DNA of 64,000 nucleotides from an uncultured Candidatus Berkelbacteria bacterium (GTDB lineage: Bacteria; Patescibacteriota; UBA1384; CAILIB01). This document shows, one piece after another, positions 21,845 through 30,386 of the stretch. The position numbers were made by a program, and so were the translations under genes. Numbering within the stretch: position 1 is the stretch's first letter; every line of letters starts with the position of its first letter. The stretch spans positions 5,477 to 69,476 of the forward strand of contig CAILIB010000003.1 in assembly GCA_903834195.1 (NCBI GenBank), written 5' to 3'. Below the pieces are notes generated by a model. That model saw nothing but the letters and a program-made list of their open reading frames with translations, ran no database searches and was not told the DNA's origin.

Positions 21845-21887
21845 AACGGTGATCGCGATCTTTAAGGAGGTGTGACACACCATCGTT
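21845..21887 (+). promoter_or_regulatory. Structured leader containing a perfect SD (TAAGGAGGTG)
   Basis: SD at 21863-21872; GGTGT/ACACC hairpin; AACGGTG pairs with CATCGTT. Confidence 0.45.
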
Positions 21888-21905
21888 AGATTAAAATACT
21901 TCGGC

Positions 21906-22718
21906 ATGCGCACCCTCTACTGGCTCGATAGAGCCTCGAGGTTAGCGCTCTACCTACCTACTTGGGCATTCATATTTGTATGGGGAGCTTGGGTTGGACT
22001 TGGATACCGCGACAAGTGTGCAGACTACCAGAATGGCCTCATATCTGTCTATCAGATTACTGGGTACACCATTCTGTTCTATGTTGCACTCGTCACTTGG
22101 TTTGGTATGTGGATACTTCACAAAATCCTCTTTACTGAGGGTGAGTGGAAACGATTCACACTCAAGCGTTTTCTCATACTTTGTCTCAAGAACATCTTTT
22201 CTATCGAAGAGATCAATATAAATCTCAACGACAGATTACGGGATGAAACGTCGGTTCGCCGACGTCAACTCTTCAGACAATACCGTGCAGAAGAACGTCT
22301 TGAACTAGAACAAGTTCGATTGCAACTCAATGACCGGGAAAAGTTCGAAGCGTTCCTCAACAGTCGCTACGGACCTATCCGACATAGTCTTACGACTGCA
22401 ATGATCGTCGTAATTGGCACATCACTTGTTTCAACGGTCTCTGCTCAAATCAGAGTTAACCGGTCCGAACGAGTGATTATTGCTGGACGGCAAGCAAGCA
22501 TAACTGCTTCGCTGGCTGGCTCGGCAAGTTGCCACCCTCCCCCACTTCCCGCTTATGAACCAGAGCAAGTGTTAAACAAAGAGATTTCGTACCCTCTCCA
22601 CGAAATCATCAACGTTTTACATATCCACTTTAGGTTCAAAGCACTGGTAATAGCTGGATTCCACGATCCACCTGAAAGTATTCCAAAGTTCCATCGCCTC
22701 CGTCACGCATCCGCGTAA
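21906..22718 (+). CDS. Hypothetical membrane protein with Pro-rich C-terminus
   Basis: 270-aa ORF, 2-3 hydrophobic segments, CHPPPLP and FHDPPESIP; the start may be an in-frame ATC at 21882. Confidence 0.65.
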   Translation: MRTLYWLDRASRLALYLPTWAFIFVWGAWVGLGYRDKCADYQNGLISVYQITGYTILFYVALVTWFGMWILHKILFTEGEWKRFTLKRFLILCLKNIFSIEEININLNDRLRDETSVRRRQLFRQYRAEERLELEQVRLQLNDREKFEAFLNSRYGPIRHSLTTAMIVVIGTSLVSTVSAQIRVNRSERVIIAGRQASITASLAGSASCHPPPLPAYEPEQVLNKEISYPLHEIINVLHIHFRFKALVIAGFHDPPESIPKFHRLRHASA

Positions 22719-22769
22719 CCTGGCGACTGGTCGACTGGCTTCGTCGCCCCGACCGTTTGGAACATTGAA

Positions 22770-23366
22770 ATGCAAAAATTCAGAACTATCGCTGGCTTCC
22801 TCTCTTTCGTACTCGTCTGCACAGCTTCGGCCCAGGCCCCCTCGGTGGGGTTCCTCGATTTTCATCCCATGAACGCTGCGAAATCAGACGAACATGACTT
22901 GACTTTCGGGTGGGCGAACAAAAAGGTTGCTCTGGGAGGATACATTTTCTCCTATGATCAACCACATCCGCAGTACTGGCTCGAAGGAGGTTTACCAGAG
23001 CTCAATTTCAAAGCTGGTCCAATTACGGTTACCCCTGGTCTCTATGGTGCTCGAGAGGGCACACAATGGGACGGTGGTGCGTACATCTGGACAAGTGGCG
23101 AAATTGGTCGCGTTAGACTGTCACTACCGCTGTACGTCAGCCGCATCGTGGGAGTAAAAACCCCATGTCTACGGTTTGATGACACCAAATCCTCGTGGGG
23201 TATTGAATCTAACTTTGCTGTTCAAGAACACAGCAAATGGATCAATGCAGGCCCAAGCCTGCGCACCTCATTAGGTTCTGGCACGGTTCGCATCAGTTAT
23301 CTCTGCCCAATTTCGGGAGGAAAAGGTCACCAACTTCGGTTATACACCTCATTCCCCATAAAATAG
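22770..23366 (+). CDS. Secreted beta-strand-rich hypothetical protein (beta-barrel-like)
   Basis: Signal peptide ending ASA|Q; many amphipathic aromatic strands; followed by a terminator. Confidence 0.7.
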   Translation: MQKFRTIAGFLSFVLVCTASAQAPSVGFLDFHPMNAAKSDEHDLTFGWANKKVALGGYIFSYDQPHPQYWLEGGLPELNFKAGPITVTPGLYGAREGTQWDGGAYIWTSGEIGRVRLSLPLYVSRIVGVKTPCLRFDDTKSSWGIESNFAVQEHSKWINAGPSLRTSLGSGTVRISYLCPISGGKGHQLRLYTSFPIK

Positions 23367-23395
23367 TGGGCACCTCAAAAACAGCACCTTGCTGT

Positions 23396-23422
23396 CCCCT
23401 CGCGGAAACGTGAGGGGTTTTT
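23396..23422 (+). terminator. Intrinsic terminator
   Basis: CCCCTCGCG-gaaa-CGTGAGGGG-TTTTT. Confidence 0.9.
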
Positions 23423-23424
23423 AT

Positions 23425-23538
23425 TTACCTATTACACTCTGCACCTTTCCATTCAGGTGTCATACCAGAAGCAAAATATGATTGCATTATTGCACCAGCT
23501 CGTTCAGCAAGGTTGAGGGCAAATTCTTTTCTATTCAT
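23425..23538 (-). pseudogene. 5' remnant of an inositol monophosphatase-family gene
   Basis: Manual translation MNRKEFALNLAERAGAIMQSYFASGMTPEWKG..* resembles an IMPase N-terminus; TAGCAT 6 nt before the ATG. Confidence 0.6.
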
Positions 23539-23631
23539 ACGTCCATGCTATCAGAAATCTAGTATTATCCCTCGACAAAATGCCTTAAACCTGATACTAT
23601 CTTTCCATCATCAACCTTGGGAGGGAAATGA

Positions 23632-24183
23632 TTGACTACTGCAGATTTAAAAAGTGAGTTTCTTGTTGAGGGTTTAGGCAACGTTTCACTCCGTAAACCT
23701 ATTCCAGAGCAAGCTGAGCTCGCATTTGGAATAATCTCAAACGAGACAAATATGAGATTTTTCATGGTCAGCAACTGGACTTTAGATGAATATCGAAAGT
23801 TCATTCCAAAGGTCATGAAAGATCGAAAGCGCTACCCTTTCTGGATTTATGCAGGTGAAACGTTTGTCGGAATCTGCCAGATCTGGAAAATCTCAAATAA
23901 GCCCAAGAAGTATGGCCGCAATGCCTACATCTTTTGTGCTTTAAGCCCTGAATACCAAAAAATGGGTACTGCACGGGCGGCGTTGAAACTAATGATTGAG
24001 TTTGCCTTCAATGAGTTGAACCCACCAATTGATACAATTCGGGTACATATCATTGAGGAAAATAGACCGAGTCTCAACTTAGCGTTCGGCCTTGGCTTCA
24101 AAAAGACAATTCGCCATAAATCAGCCGGATTAGTTGACGGACAAAAGGTCCCCGCAATCTATGCCATTCTCCGACGGACGTGA
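23632..24183 (+). CDS. GNAT acetyltransferase, RimJ/RimL-like
   Basis: FVGICQI, LSPEYQKMGTA, ENRPSLNLAFGLGFK. Confidence 0.85.
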   Translation: MTTADLKSEFLVEGLGNVSLRKPIPEQAELAFGIISNETNMRFFMVSNWTLDEYRKFIPKVMKDRKRYPFWIYAGETFVGICQIWKISNKPKKYGRNAYIFCALSPEYQKMGTARAALKLMIEFAFNELNPPIDTIRVHIIEENRPSLNLAFGLGFKKTIRHKSAGLVDGQKVPAIYAILRRT

Positions 24184-24221
24184 ACGTTCGTCACCTTGCG
24201 TATGAAGAGCCCTTTATACGC

Positions 24222-24266
24222 AAAAACCAGAGCAGTCAAAATAATTTTGAAAACTCTGGTTTTTTT
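24222..24266 (+). terminator. Intrinsic terminator, probably bidirectional
   Basis: AAAAACCAGAG...CTCTGGTTTTTTT. Confidence 0.75.
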
Positions 24267-24345
24267 GTTAGAGCTACAAACTTCAAATATTTGAAATCTC
24301 TAGTTCTTCCCGAATGATGACACGTCATTCGGGTGAGATTGTTGC

Positions 24346-24792
24346 TTACGCGATTTTGATTGAAACATTTCTTGTCACAATCCTTCGGAGCTTACGACTC
24401 AACGTGCTCCAAAACGGCAAATTGCACAGAATCATGTTCGTACAATTATTCTCCTGCGCAATGATAAACATTTCCTTCAGCAATTTTACGATTACCTCGG
24501 AACGCCCTTTTTGCCAGTTCGCCTTACAAGAGTATATAATCAAGTGCTTCTCACCATCTTCACTTGAAACCACTTCTGCTATTGCTGAACCACAATATAG
24601 ATCACCGAGATATGCGTAGACTGCCTCGGATACATATGTCCGTTCCAAAACCTCAAATTGTGCAACATTCAACCGGCGTGAACTATTTCCGTTTTCTTTC
24701 CACAAACGTTCAGCCGGAAATGACGAAATAATCGAAGAGTCAGAGTCATCTTTACTCGCTCTCCGAATGGTAACTTGCTCCAAAGGGATCAT
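24346..24792 (-). CDS. Hypothetical protein, possibly a divergent GNAT
   Basis: VTIRRASKDD start; NWQKGRSEVIVKLL..AQENNC..PFW. Confidence 0.5.
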   Translation of the reverse strand: MIPLEQVTIRRASKDDSDSSIISSFPAERLWKENGNSSRRLNVAQFEVLERTYVSEAVYAYLGDLYCGSAIAEVVSSEDGEKHLIIYSCKANWQKGRSEVIVKLLKEMFIIAQENNCTNMILCNLPFWSTLSRKLRRIVTRNVSIKIA

Positions 24793-24843
24793 TGGAAGAT
24801 TTAACCATAATTATGCTCAAAAATCAACCACTAAGACTGCTTA

Positions 24844-25275
24844 TCAAATAACGTCCCAACACTCGCGCAATAACGTATTAGCGTTCTCATAATCTGTACA
24901 CCACACATACAACCATCCGGATAATGCTCGAGCTTTTACATCAAAATGAAATTCAATACCCTTCGATTTCAGATATGCCATTTGTGGTTTACAGGCAATT
25001 AACTCAGCCTGCAACCTAAAAGTTCGTGAAAATACATACAATAAAAAATGCTTATTGGGACCGTGCTTTTTATACTCTTTGAGATGTTCTTGCTCATGCA
25101 ACACAATTGCAATACTCCACGGAGTTGGGTGGGCAGTCTGCAAATCTTCATACACCCAATGCGGCACCCAAATTTTACCAAAAAAGGCCTGACAGGTTTT
25201 TGAACCTATCCACGGCAGTGGATTAACCCAGCGAGGTTTCATGCGGATTGGATATTCAACTCCTTCTACAATCAT
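24844..25275 (-). CDS. Small HExxH zincin-like protein
   Basis: VLHEQEHL with downstream AELIA; ATGA overlap with the idi stop sets the start at 25275. Confidence 0.65.
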   Translation of the reverse strand: MIVEGVEYPIRMKPRWVNPLPWIGSKTCQAFFGKIWVPHWVYEDLQTAHPTPWSIAIVLHEQEHLKEYKKHGPNKHFLLYVFSRTFRLQAELIACKPQMAYLKSKGIEFHFDVKARALSGWLYVWCTDYENANTLLRECWDVI

Positions 25276-25826
25276 ATTGAAAACAACCAACCACACTTTG
25301 CACGTAATTCCTTAACTTCCCATCCAGCCCATTCTGAATACCGCTCTGGGAACTGCTCAATTTCAGAGACAAATGCATTCCAATCCCACCACCGATACGC
25401 CTCAACTTCAGCAGAATTCAAAAGTGGATTTTGTGTAGTATTCCCTACCCATACCGGACAAATCTCATTCTCGACAATCCCACCACGCTCTGCTCGATAA
25501 CGAAAGTCTGGCAATACTTCATGCAAACCTTCAATTTTGGAAATACCTAATTCAAACTGTACTCTTCGCCGAATTGCATCTTCAGTTTTTTCACCTGGTA
25601 AAGGATGTCCACAACAACTATTTGACCACATTAACGGCCAGGTCTTTTTTAACACGCTTCGTTGTTGCAAAAGTACCTCATTTTGATCATTAAAAAGAAA
25701 CACTGAAAACGCCCGATGAAGCGGCGTATGATCAGAATGAATCTCAGCTTTTGGAAGTGTGCCAATTTCCTGATTAAGTTCATCTACAAGAACTACTAAT
25801 TCTTCCATTTCACTGTCACTACTCAT
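25272..25826 (-). CDS. idi: Isopentenyl-diphosphate delta-isomerase type 1
   Basis: LHRAFSVFLFN, WSNSCCGHP, ENEICPV, YSEW. Confidence 0.93.
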   Translation of the reverse strand: MSSDSEMEELVVLVDELNQEIGTLPKAEIHSDHTPLHRAFSVFLFNDQNEVLLQQRSVLKKTWPLMWSNSCCGHPLPGEKTEDAIRRRVQFELGISKIEGLHEVLPDFRYRAERGGIVENEICPVWVGNTTQNPLLNSAEVEAYRWWDWNAFVSEIEQFPERYSEWAGWEVKELRAKCGWLFSI

Positions 25827-25855
25827 GTTTAAAGTTTAAATAAACCCTTACTGAA

Positions 25856-25972
25856 TTAAATTATCCCGAGTAACTTAATTAACTCTTCATTAAGTGAGAC
25901 TTTGACTTTCGACGCTTCGGCAGACGTAGAAAATATAAACGCCCCAACAATTGTTCGATGAATGCTTCGCAT
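25856..25972 (-). pseudogene. Internally deleted remnant, probably of a NUDIX gene
   Basis: Manual translation MRSIHRTIVGAFIFS|TSAEASKVKVSLNEELIKLLGII*; the start resembles Nudix N-termini, Nudix box absent. Confidence 0.45.
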
Positions 25973-25977
25973 AAGAA

Positions 25978-26784
25978 CTAATTCTCCAAACTTACAGCCA
26001 ATAACCAACGTGCTCGTTCTACAGGAATGTTTGTCTTGTACCCAGGAGAAAACCGAATTACCCGAGGCTCATGCAGAAGAACGAGATCACCGGGCAGATA
26101 TGAAATATATTCTTGTGCATCTTCAAGCTGAGAAAGGAGAAATGCTGCAGCGTGTGCATATTTTTTATCAGTGACATTTTTGACAATTTTCCGCAGCATT
26201 TTTACCGCGTCAGGAAGATCTAAGTCTTTCACAAATTTCTCCAATTCCGAACGTTCAAAAATATATTTTGAAAATGTGTATGTACCATCATGCAGCTCAA
26301 TAAGTGGAAAAGCAGGAGTATCAGCAATATACGAATACGGAGTCAACAAATCAGGAAGTAACTCACCTGCGCTACGTGCAACATTTCCAGCTACTAAATA
26401 GTATGTCTTGGCACTTTCATCGGCGCGGACACAGTAAAACAGTGAGCTTTTAAATTGAAAATGACTGTGCCAGGTTTCGTTATTTGTCCCCTCACCTTCC
26501 AAATTAAACCTAATTGTATGCTCAATTCCTTTATCCGAGATTGCCCCCAAATATTGAGCAATTGTTGTTAAAATATTCTTTTCTAGCTCAGGAAAGGTTT
26601 GTTCACGAATCTCTAATGGAGTATTTGGTAATATTTCAGAAACTGGCATGCCCCGAATTATAAGGTAATCGAGTTTGCCTGACTTAAATAACTCGATATT
26701 CTGCAAAATTTCAGATGAAAATAAATTTTCAATCGTCAAACCTTGTTCTAAATTGAATTTTGTATTTTGATGTACGGTAATCAC
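25978..26784 (-). CDS. TauD/clavaminate-synthase-like protein with altered metal motif
   Basis: YLIIRGMP..LPNTP, TWHSH..SLFYCVRAD, PGDLVLL..RVIR, RWLL. Confidence 0.6.
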   Translation of the reverse strand: MITVHQNTKFNLEQGLTIENLFSSEILQNIELFKSGKLDYLIIRGMPVSEILPNTPLEIREQTFPELEKNILTTIAQYLGAISDKGIEHTIRFNLEGEGTNNETWHSHFQFKSSLFYCVRADESAKTYYLVAGNVARSAGELLPDLLTPYSYIADTPAFPLIELHDGTYTFSKYIFERSELEKFVKDLDLPDAVKMLRKIVKNVTDKKYAHAAAFLLSQLEDAQEYISYLPGDLVLLHEPRVIRFSPGYKTNIPVERARWLLAVSLEN

Positions 26785-26919
26785 AAATGTAGTTTTCTAG
26801 ATTTTTTGCCATATCTGTCACAATCCTATCTTAAATGTGAATCTTCTGCTATTTTCGTTTTACCTCATCTTCATTTTTAGGTGGGAGCTTTCATTCTGAC
26901 GACCCCCAAGGAGGGTACT

Positions 26920-27378
26920 TTGTTGAAATTTTTTGCTCTTTTTCTCTCCCTTGCAACCTGCCTTTGCGAAGCGCAAAAGTCACCTGATTTGATAACCCGG
27001 GAGTATCAGCAAATGGTACGTGACATTCCTAATCAAAAACTGGCAAAATCCTTCACCGGTATTTGGGAAGTGGTTAAGGTGACCCCAATATCGAAAAATA
27101 CTGACCACTCCAAATGGCCAGTGTACACACTGACAAATCTCAAGTACCCAAACCAGAGTTTGACCGTGAACGCAGTTGATGACATGTTTGGCGGAGCGAT
27201 TAAATTTGTTCCTCAACCAGGGATAAAGCTTAAAGTTCAGACCTTGCTCGGCCTGAAGTTTCACGTGATGACAATGAAGGAGTACCGTTTCAACCGAAAG
27301 AAAGGTGACCCATACTTCATCATCCAAAATCATTTGAAGTACCGTTACTTTCTTTACGTCGACGTAATCAAAGACTAG
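26920..27378 (+). CDS. Secreted hypothetical protein
   Basis: AAGGAGG SD before TTG; signal peptide ending CEA|Q; own terminator. Confidence 0.65.
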   Translation: MLKFFALFLSLATCLCEAQKSPDLITREYQQMVRDIPNQKLAKSFTGIWEVVKVTPISKNTDHSKWPVYTLTNLKYPNQSLTVNAVDDMFGGAIKFVPQPGIKLKVQTLLGLKFHVMTMKEYRFNRKKGDPYFIIQNHLKYRYFLYVDVIKD

Positions 27379-27398
27379 ACTACGCTCGACACACTGTC

Positions 27399-27430
27399 CA
27401 GGCCTTCAACCCTACGAAGGCCTGTTTTTT
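27399..27430 (+). terminator. Intrinsic terminator
   Basis: CAGGCCTTC-N8-GAAGGCCTG-TTTTTT. Confidence 0.88.
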
Positions 27431-27498
27431 AATCTCACAGAATCTCAACGTTACATACTAACATTGTTCAATGTCACCTTTTGTGTATAGAGAAATAC

Positions 27499-27642
27499 GT
27501 GGCACTTACAAGTCAGACAGAACAAGCCAAACTCAACGAGCTAGAGGCAGACGCCAAACGCTACTTTGAAAATGGAATAAATAGCCCAAAACTCTTTGAT
27601 ATTGCGGCAACAGCCGCCACTTCGCCATTAGCCCAGCGCTAA
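27499..27642 (+). other. 47-codon small ORF or gene remnant
   Basis: GTG start, MALTSQTEQAKLNELEADAKRYFENG...; TG-TATAGA just upstream. Confidence 0.3.
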
Positions 27643-27751
27643 TGGTCATCACACAAAAAAAGGTTGTTATGTGTGGTAGTGAAAAACGAAGCTACTTTTT
27701 TGAATTCATGCGCTCAGTGTTTCAGAAACAAGGCATACGTTTTCCTTGTAA

Positions 27752-28243
27752 TTAAAACTTCACTTTCCCGTACACCCATTCAGGCTGATCTGAAAATATT
27801 TTGCGCTTGCGTAGAAACTCTTTCAGCCGATACAAGGTCAAATAGAACGTACAGTAGTAGATGAGAATTAGCACTGGAGACTTCCACATATTTGTAGAAA
27901 GTGACATTCCACATTCTTTCATCCATGTGAGCACAGCTGGAGTATGACTACATGTATACGCCCCGCATTTGCGCTGCTTAATATCTTCAATTTGAGCAGT
28001 AAATAATTCTTTGCCAATCCCCTGTTTTTGGAACTCTGGAAATACAAAGAGTACTGCCATGTACGTCCAATACGAGCCAAAATCTTGACTGGTAGCAACA
28101 CCTGCAATTTTTCCATTACTCTCATGCACCCATACATCAGAAAAAGACATCCACTCTTTCACTGAATACCCTGTTATGTTTGGAGTGGCTTGCAGCGCAT
28201 GCACCAGGACGTGAGCTTCTGATAACGTAATCGATCTTTTCAT
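27752..28243 (-). CDS. GNAT acetyltransferase
   Basis: LFVFPEFQKQGIGKELF; TACACT 6 nt before the second Met. Confidence 0.85.
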   Translation of the reverse strand: MKRSITLSEAHVLVHALQATPNITGYSVKEWMSFSDVWVHESNGKIAGVATSQDFGSYWTYMAVLFVFPEFQKQGIGKELFTAQIEDIKQRKCGAYTCSHTPAVLTWMKECGMSLSTNMWKSPVLILIYYCTFYLTLYRLKEFLRKRKIFSDQPEWVYGKVKF

Positions 28244-28314
28244 ATTCATAGTGTAGCACTTTACATATGTCTATAACCTAGACAAACCTACTAAATTATG
28301 CTATCCTATCGCGG

Positions 28315-29058
28315 ATGAAAGACCTTGAGATTCCAGTAAACATTGACCTGGATAATCCAGGTGAAGTACATCAATTACGAAAGAAGATTCGAGCGGAAAC
28401 TCTTGAAATTGTCTTAGACGGAATACCTGTAACTAATCCCGATTATAAGCAACTGAAAAAGAATGCTTGTAAACTTGCTAAGAAAAATTCAAGAACTGTA
28501 ATAAAGGCTGTCCGAATGATCCGGATGGAGCCACTAACCAAAATGTGGCGTGCTGAATTTCTTCATGATTACGGCGACCAACTGATCACAAGCTGGCTCA
28601 ACAAAGACCTTTGTGTTGCGTACTTTATACTCGATGTTATCGGGTTGAAACACGCAAATAAATTTGGTCTAGAAGTGGGCGATCGCTGCATCAAAGAAGT
28701 TGCTGAAATTATCCGCGATGAATTCAAAAAAGTTTGCGGAAAAAAATTCAGATTTCGTCCATATCGCCGCGGTGGCGATGAATACGCAGTTATCGTACAA
28801 GGACTTACAAAGGAAGAGTGCGAAAGAATTATTCAAAGGATTAACCACAGAGTCAAAAAAGTGAAACTTTTCGGAATAATAAAACTCCGAGGTATGCACT
28901 GCGGCTCGGCCGTATGTGGACCAAATCCGGATGAGCGGTTATCTCTAAAGGAACTGAACTCAAAAGCTGAAGCACAGCTCCTCAAGAGTAAAAAGCAGAA
29001 GAAATTAGCAAAACTTTTGCACGGAATGATTCCCGTGCAACTAATGTTGAAAAAGTGA
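28315..29058 (+). CDS. GGDEF-domain protein, partly divergent
   Basis: EPLT, LDVIGLKHAN.FG.EVGD, YRRGGDEY. Confidence 0.85.
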   Translation: MKDLEIPVNIDLDNPGEVHQLRKKIRAETLEIVLDGIPVTNPDYKQLKKNACKLAKKNSRTVIKAVRMIRMEPLTKMWRAEFLHDYGDQLITSWLNKDLCVAYFILDVIGLKHANKFGLEVGDRCIKEVAEIIRDEFKKVCGKKFRFRPYRRGGDEYAVIVQGLTKEECERIIQRINHRVKKVKLFGIIKLRGMHCGSAVCGPNPDERLSLKELNSKAEAQLLKSKKQKKLAKLLHGMIPVQLMLKK

Positions 29059-29082
29059 TTTTACTTATTCAACATCTTGATT

Positions 29083-29119
29083 GGACCTCCAAGCCCTTGC
29101 GCTCGGAGGCCCTTTTTTT
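29083..29119. terminator. Hairpin between convergent genes
   Basis: GGACCTCCAAGC..GCTCGGAGGCCC followed by T7 on plus; the two A-C mismatches become G-U pairs on minus. Confidence 0.6.
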
Positions 29120-29129
29120 AACAAAACAA

Positions 29130-29710
29130 CTACAAAATCTGTTGAATTTCACTCAACTCATGCACAATTTTCCATGCAACATCGGAAATCTTTGAACCCT
29201 CAAATGTAATTCCCTTTCCCGTTGCTTCAAAAAGTTATCTGTCATTATCACCGTCACCAATACACACGCATTGATCAATATTGATACCTACTTTTGTGGA
29301 AAATTCCTCGAGATAATTACGTTTCGCAATCCCATCGTCACCAAACATGACAAGATCCTTGAGGTAGTCATGTTCATCAAAAATGAAAATATTATTAGCT
29401 GCCGACAGTGTAATCTCATACCCTTTTTCCTGCAGATTTTTTACAACATCCTGCGCGCCAGGCGAGTAAATATATTTCGAAATTGCTTCAAGAATATTTT
29501 TTCGACTCGCCTTGCCCTGCTTTTTATATATTGAAAGGAGAATCTTATTGCCTCTTCATATGACAGAACTCCTTCTTCATATCAGCGCATGAGAAGGTCA
29601 TCTTCTTCTTGGGTAACACCCATGGCAAGACTAAGGTTGAGCCAGCTATCTTCTTTGATCAAGGTTTTATTGAGATCAAAACAGACTAATGCTATACCTT
29701 CTTGTGTCAT
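29130..29710 (-). pseudogene. HAD-IB (SerB-like) phosphatase pseudogene
   Basis: Manual translation: LVCFDLNKTL (motif I), TGA at 29584-29582, a frameshift shortly after, IGDGDND (motif IV), then TAA at 29237-29235. Confidence 0.85.
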
Positions 29711-30324
29711 GAGACCTGAGCTACAACCTGTATCCACACAGTACTTCCTTCTATTATTTCTTGCGACTGAAGGACACTAAATCCAGCATCTTTAAGTATT
29801 GAGTCTATCTGTTGTAGGGAATAATAATAAAAGTCACGTTCAAATCCACGTGTACGCGCAGTTCGCGCGTAGCCTTCACCTTGAATCATGCTCATAAAAA
29901 TTACCCCATCTGGAGGCAGTATGGTATGCGCTTTTTGAAGAAATGCAGCACTTTCTTCTGGAGAAAAATGGACGAATAATGCATTTGCGTAGATACAATC
30001 CTGCGGAATCGGTAAATCATCATGCTTTGCATCAAGTTTAAGCGGGTGTAACCCTGCCTTCCTCATCTCATCGAGAAAAGAATCAACGTAATCTGAAGGG
30101 GTAACAGTATACCCTTTTGAAGCAAAAATTATAGCATCTCTGCCATTTCCAGAACCTATTTCTAAGATACGTGCACCAGGCTTAATGTACTCACCTAGAT
30201 ACGCAATCCGGTTCTCAGGGGTTTCGCCACCAATTCTTCCATTACTATTGCTTTCTAAATACGTAGCCGTGTGTTGTTCGTATTGAGATTGATTGAAATC
30301 TTGTGGAGTGTTTTGCGTGTTCAT
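29707..30324 (-). CDS. Class I SAM-dependent methyltransferase
   Basis: ILEIGSGNGRDA, DCIYANALFVH. Confidence 0.9.
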   Translation of the reverse strand: MNTQNTPQDFNQSQYEQHTATYLESNSNGRIGGETPENRIAYLGEYIKPGARILEIGSGNGRDAIIFASKGYTVTPSDYVDSFLDEMRKAGLHPLKLDAKHDDLPIPQDCIYANALFVHFSPEESAAFLQKAHTILPPDGVIFMSMIQGEGYARTARTRGFERDFYYYSLQQIDSILKDAGFSVLQSQEIIEGSTVWIQVVAQVS

Positions 30325-30386
30325 ATGTTTACTGTATCAAGTTTTTGATTTTACACTCAGAGAATCCGGAGTTTTTTGTAGACACA

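Noticed and set aside
21845..21890. Fluoride or other known riboswitch
   Set aside because: The conserved aptamer nucleotides could not be matched on either strand
29582..29584. In-frame TGA as a sign of genetic code 25/4 or selenocysteine
   Set aside because: The same gene also has a frameshift and a TAA, and intact genes such as atpF, atpD and apbE end in TGA with ATGA overlaps
29271..29780. Plus-strand ORFs 29271-29534 and 29589-29780
   Set aside because: Antisense to the HAD pseudogene, which explains the region better
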